From: a virus
DNA: 64,000 nt
Reading direction: 5' to 3' (one strand)
Virus record (IMG/VR): IMGVR_UViG_3300022891_000002
Location: 1-64,000 of that record
The notes beneath the pieces are model-generated. The model did no database searches and was not told the origin of the DNA. It saw only the letters and a list, made by a program, of their open reading frames with translations. The position numbers and the translations under genes were made by a program. Positions 48,567 through 57,136 of the stretch are shown piece by piece (the first letter of the stretch is position 1; each line of letters starts with the position of its first letter).

Positions 48567-49804
48567 GAGAGATTATATTTGCGGGACAAGTAAAGAATAA
48601 TTACCTATATACCAACTTTGCGAAATCTAATAAGAAAGATAAAGAACCGAAAAGAAATCTTATTAAAGGAGCTGCTTATTTAGGAGCTTCTGGAATAGTA
48701 GGTCAACAAGCTATTAGGTCAGGTATTCCTAGATTATTAGGTGTAAGATTGGAATCTCACAGTACCTCTAAAAAGAATGCTAAAGAAATATTAAAAAACG
48801 GAGGAATTCTCGACCCAAATAAAGGAGGAAGTGGTGCTACTAAAAATTTAACTAATGATGTAAAACGTGGCTATGGTTGGGCTGCTGATGTATTTAATAA
48901 ACAAGAAAAAGGTAAAGAATTTCTTACTAGAGCAAAAAATAGTATTTATATAACAGGTAGAAATGACGCTTCTGCTAACGCTTCAAATAATGTAGCTAAT
49001 AACTTAAGAGGCTTTTGGAAAACTCCAGTAGGTCAATCTATCTATAAGAAAGGACAAAGAGCTTTTTATAGAGGTCAGTCTAGTACAGATATTGATAGAG
49101 ATGCTATAGAGTCTGAAGTCAAAAACTGGAGAAAATCAAAAGAAACACAAGAAAAACTTACAAAACTTAAAAATCAACTTAAAGACCAAGTAGAAAGTTC
49201 AAAAAAACCTAAATCAAAGCTAGACAATCCTAGAGACTTTACACCTAAAAAAAGCAAGAAATACGGCTATCTCTCTCCTATAGATAAATCAATAAGAAAG
49301 GGGATACAAGAGCAGATTAAAGAGATTAACAGTGGAGCTAGAAAAAGAGCCGAACTTACAGATATAGCCGTTGAAAAAAGAAAACCCGAAGCTATTAAAA
49401 AGGGTTTATTAGGCAGAGGTAAAAGTTTATATATTGGTGGTGGAGATGATTACTTTAATAAAAACTTTGTACCTGACCCTGATGATGCAATTGCTTTAAA
49501 AACCAACAAACCTATTAAAGTTAGTGGCAGTAGAACAGGTGCAACTTTAGAAGCTTTAAAAAGAGAAGGTGGAGGAAGTAGATTAAAAGGAATTGCTAGA
49601 TTAGTAAAAGCCAATCCTAGTAGAGCTTTGGCGGGAGCTGGTATTTTGGCAGGAGGTGGATTATTAACAGCTAAACTGGGTCAGGCAGCCTACAGGAATA
49701 TAACAGCTCCTAGTGATGGTAAAGTCAAAGGATTTAGTAGAAAAAATAAATCAGGTAAATGGTCTAATGTTAAATCATTTATAAGAGATAAAATAAAGAA
49801 ATGA
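48563..49804 (+). CDS. basic protein with shared leader and a distinct central domain
   Basis: MREIIFAGQVKNNYLYTNFAK...HSTSKKNAKEILKNG...SIYITG...KANPSRALAG. Confidence 0.75.
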   Translation: MREIIFAGQVKNNYLYTNFAKSNKKDKEPKRNLIKGAAYLGASGIVGQQAIRSGIPRLLGVRLESHSTSKKNAKEILKNGGILDPNKGGSGATKNLTNDVKRGYGWAADVFNKQEKGKEFLTRAKNSIYITGRNDASANASNNVANNLRGFWKTPVGQSIYKKGQRAFYRGQSSTDIDRDAIESEVKNWRKSKETQEKLTKLKNQLKDQVESSKKPKSKLDNPRDFTPKKSKKYGYLSPIDKSIRKGIQEQIKEINSGARKRAELTDIAVEKRKPEAIKKGLLGRGKSLYIGGGDDYFNKNFVPDPDDAIALKTNKPIKVSGSRTGATLEALKREGGGSRLKGIARLVKANPSRALAGAGILAGGGLLTAKLGQAAYRNITAPSDGKVKGFSRKNKSGKWSNVKSFIRDKIKK

Positions 49805-50292
49805 GAAAAATAACTTTTATAGGTTCTACTAATACCAGTTATTTATTTGGTAGACCTAAGAAACCATCAAGATTAAAAAGTGCGGGAATAGGTGCTGGTG
49901 TAGGAGTAGCTGCTGGTTATAATGCTGGTGGAATTCCTGGTGCAGTTATGGGAGGACTTAGAGGTGCTACTGATAGTTTTGTAAGGAAGAACGGCTATAA
50001 CTCTTTACTTACTAGAGCTAAAAGATATGCTCCTACTTCTTTTGCTGGCAAAGTAACTAACGATGCTAAAACTATTGGAACTCTATCTGCTGCTGGAGGT
50101 GGATTAACGGGAGCTGTTAGAGGAGGAATCAAAGGACTTAAAGGTGGTTGGAAAGGTGCTTTAGGAGGAGCAGTTGGTCAAGGAGCTAGGTCTGCATTTG
50201 GTGCTGCTAAAAAAGGAGCTGCTGTAGGTGCAGGAATTGGTGGATTGAGGGGATTGAAGAGAAAGAAAAACTATTTATTGCCTACTTCTTAA
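49801..50292 (+). CDS. Gly-zipper basic protein with shared leader
   Basis: MRKITFIGSTNTSYLFGRP...AGKVTNDAKTIG. Confidence 0.75.
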   Translation: MRKITFIGSTNTSYLFGRPKKPSRLKSAGIGAGVGVAAGYNAGGIPGAVMGGLRGATDSFVRKNGYNSLLTRAKRYAPTSFAGKVTNDAKTIGTLSAAGGGLTGAVRGGIKGLKGGWKGALGGAVGQGARSAFGAAKKGAAVGAGIGGLRGLKRKKNYLLPTS

Positions 50293-50294
50293 AT

Positions 50295-50654
50295 ATGAGT
50301 AAAAGTAAATGCAAGTTTAGGTCTAGGTTTAACACTTGGAAAAGAAGTAGAGAAGCTTGGGAGGTTAGTAGAAGTCTTATTCGTAAGTCTCTTTACTTAT
50401 GCCCTATTTGTAGATTACCTCTATCACTAGGAGAAGGACATTTATTCCATATCATACCTATTAAACTACTAAGTAACTATAACTGTATTAGTTTAGTAAG
50501 TAATGAACTTAATCTACTTTACTCTTGTAAGTCATGTAACTTAAGACAGAGAACTGACATTTACCTACCTTGCTTAGAAGATAAGTTACTAACCTTATGG
50601 ACTAAGGTAACTAATAACATAACTAAAGATAATAACTATGAGAAATGCGCTTAA
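50295..50654 (+). CDS. HNH endonuclease
   Basis: CPIC...HLFHIIP...NLLYSCKSCN. Confidence 0.8.
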   Translation: MSKSKCKFRSRFNTWKRSREAWEVSRSLIRKSLYLCPICRLPLSLGEGHLFHIIPIKLLSNYNCISLVSNELNLLYSCKSCNLRQRTDIYLPCLEDKLLTLWTKVTNNITKDNNYEKCA

Positions 50655-51147
50655 AGTAGATAAGATATTTAACTGGCAAAGTGATACGAGTAATGGTACT
50701 CAGAATAATAACTGTAGGTTACAGATATACTCTCCGTTGTACGACTTTGATGAAACAAGTAAAGCTATTAAGGTAAAACGTAGATACTTAAATCCTAAAG
50801 AATACGAGGTAGTTATATGTAGCGACTTTAATGACCATGTATCAGGTTCTATTACTACTGAGATTTATAGTTTAGCTAGTAAGGTAATTAAGGAACATAC
50901 ATTGCTAGTTCCTCATACTATTTGGATTAATAAATATGAAGAACATCATGAAGGACTCTTTCATTTTCAATACTCAATTTCATTAGTAGATATAGATAAT
51001 AACTACGTAAGTAATAGTAGCTTTACTTATTATCCTATTTGGCAAGATGAATTAGAGTTTATTATGACTGGTGAACCTATCTATTTTAAACAGTTAATGT
51101 CCGCAGGCTGGGAGAAGTTATATAACAGATGGAGAACAAGAGTATGA
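50638..51147 (+). CDS. hypothetical protein
   Basis: CRLQIY..VVICSD..GSIT..IWINKY. Confidence 0.65.
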   Translation: MRNALKVDKIFNWQSDTSNGTQNNNCRLQIYSPLYDFDETSKAIKVKRRYLNPKEYEVVICSDFNDHVSGSITTEIYSLASKVIKEHTLLVPHTIWINKYEEHHEGLFHFQYSISLVDIDNNYVSNSSFTYYPIWQDELEFIMTGEPIYFKQLMSAGWEKLYNRWRTRV

Positions 51148-51516
51148 AGAGAATTATATTTATGGGTCAAGTTAAAAATAAAAATATAGAATTTGGACTT
51201 CTGAGAAAAGATAACGACCAAGAATAAGTATGGTTTAGTGAATAATCATAGTAAAAGAGAAATAGCTTTAGGCACTGTCTTAGGTGGTTTAGCCGGAATG
51301 AATGCTGGAGGAATATACAACGATGCCAGAGCAGCCAGTGAAGTAAACAAACGTTTAAGTATTAAGGATTTAGATAAAAGAATAAAAGGACAATGGAAAG
51401 CTAAACTAACTGGAGCAGTTATTGGTGCAGGATTAGTAGGAGGTAGTCAACTATTAATGAGAAAAAATAAGAAAGACAAAGACGGACGTTCAGATAAAGG
51501 TAAAAAGAGAAAATAA
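51144..51516 (+). pseudogene. leader-bearing Gly-zipper family member split by a +1 frameshift
   Basis: ATG 51144 gives MKRIIFMGQVKNKNIEFGLLRKDNDQE* (stop 51225-51227); the Gly-rich body is in the +1 frame, open from 51205. Confidence 0.6.
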
Positions 51517-51594
51517 TTCATTCCCAAACTGAATAATTTCTTTATAAGTTACACAACTCAATTAGTATAAAAGTAAAGTCAAAAATCAACAATT

Positions 51595-52425
51595 ATGGCA
51601 GATAACAAAAGTCCATTACAAGCAGCTAATCTTTTAAAGTTTTTAACAGGTGAGTTAGTCACTTCTCCTTTAAATAACAATTTATATATTGCTTTATCTA
51701 CTACTCTTCCTACTGTGGATGGTGGTAATTTTACTAGACCAGCTTCAGCTACAGGTTATGCAGATGTTCCTTATCCTACGGGAGTTAGTTATTGGACTGA
51801 GCCAGTTAATAGAACTTGTACTAATCAGCAACCTATCAAATTTAATAAAGCACTGACTCAATATCCTACAGTCGTTGCTATTGGATTATTTGATGAGACT
51901 TCTGATACAGTTCCTATCTACTTTGGTCATATCGATTTAGGTATTTCTATTGAACCAGGGAACTCTATTTACTTTCCTCCTAGTGCAATCACTATTAAAG
52001 AAGTTAAAGATACTTTTAGTAAGTCAGATTACTTAGCTAACTCACAACTAAAGTTACTTAGGAATGAAACTTTTGAAACTCCTGCTGAGGTGTATTTAGC
52101 TCTTGGAACTATGGCTCCTACTGTAACAGGAGATATTGGTGAACTTGCAACTTCTAAATCACCTGGGTATATTCGTGTTCCTATTCCTTGTAATGCTGCT
52201 AACTGGCAACTTACTGGTAGACAGGTTCGTAACTTAAAAGAAATTGAGTTTCCGGCTGCTAATAATGCAGCTTGGGAACCTATCAAATCTTTTGCTTTAC
52301 ATCGTTCTGCTACTGGTGCTGGAAATATGCTGTATTGTGGAAGTTTTGGAGCAAACGATACTAAAGTAATTAATTCATTAGATATTCCTATTGTTCCAAT
52401 CAGTGCCATTACTATTACTGAATAA
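51595..52425 (+). CDS. tail/tail-fibre-associated protein with two tandem repeated domains
   Basis: YIALSTT.P...GY.DVP...N..PIKF and YLALGT.AP...GY.RVP...N..EIEFP. Confidence 0.65.
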   Translation: MADNKSPLQAANLLKFLTGELVTSPLNNNLYIALSTTLPTVDGGNFTRPASATGYADVPYPTGVSYWTEPVNRTCTNQQPIKFNKALTQYPTVVAIGLFDETSDTVPIYFGHIDLGISIEPGNSIYFPPSAITIKEVKDTFSKSDYLANSQLKLLRNETFETPAEVYLALGTMAPTVTGDIGELATSKSPGYIRVPIPCNAANWQLTGRQVRNLKEIEFPAANNAAWEPIKSFALHRSATGAGNMLYCGSFGANDTKVINSLDIPIVPISAITITE

Positions 52426-52427
52426 TC

Positions 52428-53330
52428 ATGGACTACGCATTACAGGCTACTATTTCTACTGATAATTCCAAAATGGAGATATCAGATATGAAGTACCAAA
52501 GAGCAGTAAAAGCTACTATGGAAATAGATAGTAGTTCCATGACTATTGATAAAGTAAATTTCAATAGAGCAATAAAAGCTACTATCTACACTGATAAGAG
52601 TAAGGTTGAAGGTGTTCTTACTAAAATAGCTGCTTATATGGCGACTATCTACACAGATAAGAGTGCTATAAGTCTTAAACTACAGAAGATTGCTGCTGCC
52701 TCTGCTCACATAAATATTCCTGAAGCTAAAACTACTTTCTTTATTTCTGCTTTACGTTATGCAAAAGCTACTATATCTTCCGGTATTAATAGCGGGATGC
52801 AAATGTTTATGAAAGTAAACAGGGCTTTAAAGGCAGTAATGGAAGTAGATAGTTCTTCTTTTAATATTGCTACTATACAAAGAGCCATTCTTACTGAGAG
52901 TCCTACAGGTCAGACTTATGTAATTATTAAAGGAGTAGATGTAAGTCTCAATGGCTATGCTTTAACTAGAAACTCAGTCCATGCTATTAATATCTTAGTC
53001 TACGGAGATAGATTAACCCAAGAAGGTAGTCAGATAGAGTTCATAGTTAAAAGAAATATTTCTGACCCAGATGACACTGCGGTTATCTATTCTTCTACTA
53101 GAAAGGGCATTAAGTTTATTCAAGTTAAGACACTTCCTGACTCAACTATTAGAGAGTATAAAGCTCAAATACAATTGAAAGAATCGGACTTCTACTTAAT
53201 TACTAACCAAAGACCTACCAAACTCTACTATGAAGTGAGAGTAATAGATAGTTTAGATGGTCGCTATCCTCCTGTAGAAGCTGGATATTTTAATCTAACT
53301 ACTACGTTAGTAGATAATAAGTGGGGTTAA
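52428..53330 (+). CDS. virion structural protein, N-terminal ATI.TD.S repeats, BppU-like C-terminus
   Basis: repeated KATxxxDxS; C-terminal IEFIVKR..LYYEVRV..EAGYF. Confidence 0.5.
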   Translation: MDYALQATISTDNSKMEISDMKYQRAVKATMEIDSSSMTIDKVNFNRAIKATIYTDKSKVEGVLTKIAAYMATIYTDKSAISLKLQKIAAASAHINIPEAKTTFFISALRYAKATISSGINSGMQMFMKVNRALKAVMEVDSSSFNIATIQRAILTESPTGQTYVIIKGVDVSLNGYALTRNSVHAINILVYGDRLTQEGSQIEFIVKRNISDPDDTAVIYSSTRKGIKFIQVKTLPDSTIREYKAQIQLKESDFYLITNQRPTKLYYEVRVIDSLDGRYPPVEAGYFNLTTTLVDNKWG

Positions 53331-53331
53331 T

Positions 53332-53916
53332 ATGGTAACTTTATCAGCAGATTTTAGTGGACTTGAAGGATTGAGTAAAAAGTTTGAGAATGCTTTGAAA
53401 AGGAGAAAAGATATTTCTCAACTAGAAGCAGGTATCAAAGAGGTATTAGTAGAAGATGTAAAGCTGAGGTTTGCTACTGCTCCTTTAACTAATAGAGGTG
53501 GAATGGCTCATGGTAACGTCTATTGGGCAAAGATGACTCCTAACTGGTTAAAAACTCATCCTGAAAGAAGCGGTAAACCTCTACTAAAAAATACGGGTAA
53601 GTTACTCAATTCTTTGATGATGGGTAATGATGATTCAGTATTTTCTATTACTCGTGAAGGTTTTCAGTTTGGTACTAAAGTCGGTTATGCTAAAGACCAT
53701 CAACCACCTGAGATAGGAAACACGATTCCTCTTAACCTACTTCAAGATGAAAGAATGACTGATGTGTATAGAAGTAAAGGTAAACTTGCTCCTAGACCTT
53801 TTCTCTTTATTCACAAAGCTCTTGAAGATGAAATAGTAGATGTAATATCTGAGTTTATTCTTACTGGGGAAACTAGGATAAGAACTAAGTCTAACGTTAA
53901 GGAGTTAAAAGAGTAA
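53332..53916 (+). CDS. virion morphogenesis/tail completion protein (Mu gpG/P2 gpS-like)
   Basis: LLKNTGKLLNSL...FGTKVGYA.DHQ...LAPRPFL. Confidence 0.75.
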   Translation: MVTLSADFSGLEGLSKKFENALKRRKDISQLEAGIKEVLVEDVKLRFATAPLTNRGGMAHGNVYWAKMTPNWLKTHPERSGKPLLKNTGKLLNSLMMGNDDSVFSITREGFQFGTKVGYAKDHQPPEIGNTIPLNLLQDERMTDVYRSKGKLAPRPFLFIHKALEDEIVDVISEFILTGETRIRTKSNVKELKE

Positions 53917-54461
53917 TGTACGGCAATCTACCTCCTAGAGCGTTAGAAAATTTACAAGCTAAAACCAACTTAGGTTCTACTCAGAAGTTTTCAGCTAACT
54001 TAGATATTAAACCTTATAGAGATGAAGTAGTTAGTTACTTAGCGGAGTATTTATTTGAGTACATAAACAAAGAATACTCTAATTATGTAGCTGCTCATCC
54101 TCAATTAGGCCAGACTTTAGGAAATATAGCTGTCAGACATTACGCTATTTATGATACTTACAATGCTCCTACTACTGCATTTCCCTTATTGAAGGTTTAT
54201 AGAACTAATGATGATTGGAGAAAAGGTACGACTGTAAGAAGCTCAAATATTACTGTTACTTATTCTCTTATAGTTCCTGACCAAGAGAAGTTAATGCCCT
54301 TACTCAATTGGGTTAGTTATCAGTTACAAAAACTTTTAATAACTCCTAGCTGTAAAGTAAAAATTGATTCTGGTCTAAGAGTTCAATATAGGACAATGAT
54401 GAATGAAGTTGGTCAAAATATTCATTCTTTTATAAGAGCTGACCTCTCAATTACAGACTAA
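53916..54461 (+). CDS. putative tail terminator protein
   Basis: position; AFPLLKVYR motif. Confidence 0.45.
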   Translation: MYGNLPPRALENLQAKTNLGSTQKFSANLDIKPYRDEVVSYLAEYLFEYINKEYSNYVAAHPQLGQTLGNIAVRHYAIYDTYNAPTTAFPLLKVYRTNDDWRKGTTVRSSNITVTYSLIVPDQEKLMPLLNWVSYQLQKLLITPSCKVKIDSGLRVQYRTMMNEVGQNIHSFIRADLSITD

Positions 54462-54477
54462 TAAATAAAACAAAACT

Positions 54478-54843
54478 ATGGCAATAAATATTACTTTTCC
54501 CCGTCCAAAACTTGTTACTACTTTAGATGAAACTGTACCTATTACAGCAACTTTAGTAGAAGACACAACTAACAAAGTTTATGCCGTTGACCTTAAATAT
54601 ACAGTTACTAAAGATGATGCGAGTTCAGCTACTAAGGTAATGAAGCGTGTAAAACTGATTCCTGTTATTCAAGGAACTACTCTTAGACTTGATGTACAAG
54701 AATTGACTTTTCTTCCTACTGCTCCAGATGCTCCTACAGATGCTCAGGCTATTACTCCTACCGCTGAAATTATTAGAGGTACTGTACTAATAGATTTAGA
54801 TGCTTTCCTTACGGGTGTAGGTGATGCAAGGAAGAATACTTAA
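54478..54843 (+). CDS. hypothetical virion protein
   Basis: beta-rich ORF in tail module. Confidence 0.55.
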   Translation: MAINITFPRPKLVTTLDETVPITATLVEDTTNKVYAVDLKYTVTKDDASSATKVMKRVKLIPVIQGTTLRLDVQELTFLPTAPDAPTDAQAITPTAEIIRGTVLIDLDAFLTGVGDARKNT

Positions 54844-54875
54844 GAACTAAAAACATAAGATAACAAATAAAAGAT

Positions 54876-55637
54876 ATGACTATAGCAAAACAAGAAGCTA
54901 CAATTATTGGTATTACTGAGGTTAAGTTACAACGAGTAAGTGATGGACTAATTTACCATTTACCTATTCCAGCCAATATGGTAATAGATACGGCTAAAGA
55001 TGAACGAGTAATTATGGGTAAAAATAGATTAGGTAGAAGTGTTGAAACTTCCTCTTATATTCGTGGTGAAAATCCAAGTGTAACTATTTCTTACCAACAC
55101 GTTCAGCCAGAGCTACTTCAATTTAGACTCGGTAATTATTTCGAGACACAGACTAAAGAATTATTCATTCCAGTAACTTTTAATTTATCAGAAGGAGGTA
55201 CGTTTCCTGCTTCTACTGCTCCTAACTTAGGTCACTCTATTATTGCTGGCGCAGATGCTTTAGCTTCTATTAAAAAACCTAATGGGATGTCGCAAGCTTT
55301 ACAAGAAGGAGTAGATTTTACTATAGGTGCAGGTGGAGCAATTACTTTTAGTCCTGCTTTGGTTGCTGCAAAAGAAACGGTTTCAATGTTAATTCCTTAC
55401 ACTGTTACTGGTATTGGGATTGGTAGTCAGCTAATTGGTCAACATAGAGTAGTTGCAAGTGCGGTAGATACGGAAGGATATGTCTGGATTTTCTATGCAC
55501 CAAATGCTAAACCTTCTGCTGCTGGTGGAGCTATTGATTTCTCGGCTGAAGGATTTGATTTACAACTTAAGATTTATCCGAGTGGTGGATGTCAAGCTTT
55601 CACTTTAATGAAGACTGGGGATAAAGTTTCTTGTTAG
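54876..55637 (+). CDS. putative major tail (tube) protein
   Basis: position before chaperones and TMP, followed by terminator; beta-rich. Confidence 0.6.
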   Translation: MTIAKQEATIIGITEVKLQRVSDGLIYHLPIPANMVIDTAKDERVIMGKNRLGRSVETSSYIRGENPSVTISYQHVQPELLQFRLGNYFETQTKELFIPVTFNLSEGGTFPASTAPNLGHSIIAGADALASIKKPNGMSQALQEGVDFTIGAGGAITFSPALVAAKETVSMLIPYTVTGIGIGSQLIGQHRVVASAVDTEGYVWIFYAPNAKPSAAGGAIDFSAEGFDLQLKIYPSGGCQAFTLMKTGDKVSC

Positions 55638-55657
55638 GTTCCTAAGTAGCTAGTCAT

Positions 55658-55696
55658 TAGAGGTCGTACCTAAATAATAAGTAGACCTCTATTTTT
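55658..55696 (+). terminator. Rho-independent terminator
   Basis: TAGAGGTC...GACCTCTA-TTTTT. Confidence 0.55.
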
Positions 55697-55877
55697 ATGT
55701 CAACTCTTCTCTTCTTTTATCTAACTTGTTTCGTAACTGTTCACAATCAGAAGCAATATTTTCATCTACTTTATTAGTACCTTGCTCTTTATCTGCTTTT
55801 ATATTTTCTTTGACTCTTTCTATTTCTCTAGTATCTTTAGAAGTTAATAAACCGTCTGGGTCTTCTTGTAGATGCAC
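55695..55877 (-). CDS. small hypothetical protein
   Basis: ORF track. Confidence 0.4.
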   Translation of the reverse strand: MHLQEDPDGLLTSKDTREIERVKENIKADKEQGTNKVDENIASDCEQLRNKLDKRREELT

Positions 55878-55889
55878 CTAATTAATCTC

Positions 55890-56306
55890 CTATAAACTAT
55901 CTATTTTAGAAGAAGTAAGTCTAGAAACTATTCCACAACTCCAAGAGAAGAAAGCAAATTCTATTACCTGCTGAATATTTAGAGTTAGATTGCTAAAATC
56001 TATTACTAATAAGAGGTAAACTAAGTAACCTGCCCAGCATCCTTGACAGAAAGGACAGATATTTAATTTATGTACTATTCCGTAAATACCTTTCCAAAAC
56101 CAACTTTGAGGAGCATCTAACTTGACAACTATTAAACCACTTTCTGTTTTTTGAGATTTCTTACTTGAACTAATTACTTTTTCTTTTATTTTTTTTTCTA
56201 ACTCTTCCCATACTAATTGCCAATAGAAGAATAGAATGAATCGTAAACTTATAGCATAGAGAAATAATAATGCTATATTAGTAGACGTAGATTGGACTAA
56301 CAACAT
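55890..56306 (-). CDS. membrane protein, DUF1360-like
   Basis: TM helices with ICPFCQGCWAG motif. Confidence 0.55.
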   Translation of the reverse strand: MLLVQSTSTNIALLFLYAISLRFILFFYWQLVWEELEKKIKEKVISSSKKSQKTESGLIVVKLDAPQSWFWKGIYGIVHKLNICPFCQGCWAGYLVYLLLVIDFSNLTLNIQQVIEFAFFSWSCGIVSRLTSSKIDSL

Positions 56307-56319
56307 ACTTAGAACCTCA

Positions 56320-56823
56320 ATGAAGAACTTTAAAATTCAAGTCAAAAGCTATGACTTAGAAACAGACACTTACAAAGTAGATAAGACTTATATTGTACAA
56401 CGCTCTGTTAGAAGTGATTTAGATACTATTGTAACTCTACAAAAAGAAGCTCTTTATCATTTTTTAGAAGCAGATACAAACTTAGGGGAGATTGTTAGAA
56501 GTAACGATGCTTGGGAATGTCTGAAAACTTTTGCTAGTAATCTCAATATCTTGGGTCAAAAACAGAAAGGATTTGATTTAGAGGAACTTGCAGATGATAT
56601 TGAACAGATTAGTAGAATCTTTATTAGTCAAAGTATTCCTGACGAAGGTTATATAGAGCGCGATACAGAGGGGGATATTCGTTGGAAACCTTCTTTAATA
56701 TCTGAGTTACATAAACTTAATTTTGGGTTCTACTTTAATGAAGAAGTGGGAAAGTGGAGGGAGAGGAACGACTTGCTGACGGAAGAAGAGAAAGCTCAAC
56801 TAAAGGAAAAACCCAAAAGCTAA
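56320..56823 (+). CDS. tail assembly chaperone (G-like)
   Basis: position before TMP; overlapped by a -1 frame ORF. Confidence 0.6.
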   Translation: MKNFKIQVKSYDLETDTYKVDKTYIVQRSVRSDLDTIVTLQKEALYHFLEADTNLGEIVRSNDAWECLKTFASNLNILGQKQKGFDLEELADDIEQISRIFISQSIPDEGYIERDTEGDIRWKPSLISELHKLNFGFYFNEEVGKWRERNDLLTEEEKAQLKEKPKS

Positions 56824-57128
56824 CAGCACCAATTCCTAGTAGTGGAGAAGTTTCAATAGACGAATTAGCTCTACTACTAGAAGTTTATAGGGAATATCCA
56901 ATTAACCCTATAAGAGATTTATGGGAGAAATTAGATAAAGAATCTATTAATCTTCTTATTGGTCAAACTCTCGAACATCATAGACCTCAAGAAGAAAGAG
57001 ATAAAGAGCTAGCAATTGAAAGATACAACGAACTCAAAGAAGAAAAAGGACTTCAAGGAGCTATTGCAATTGGCGAACAAGTAGTCTTAGCTAACAATCT
57101 TCTGAACTTTGAAATTACTCCCGAATAG
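56754..57128 (+). CDS. tail assembly chaperone extension (T-like), probably expressed by -1 frameshift
   Basis: -1 frame relative to 56320, no good start, candidate slip G_GAA_AAA at 56805-56811. Confidence 0.55.
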   Translation: MEGEERLADGRRESSTKGKTQKLTAPIPSSGEVSIDELALLLEVYREYPINPIRDLWEKLDKESINLLIGQTLEHHRPQEERDKELAIERYNELKEEKGLQGAIAIGEQVVLANNLLNFEITPE

Positions 57129-57136
57129 ATATAAAT

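Noticed and set aside
46547-51516. Double-glycine bacteriocin/RiPP cluster
   Set aside because: Leaders lack the GG motif, no ABC transporter or modifying enzymes are nearby, and the C39 protein looks like the endolysin
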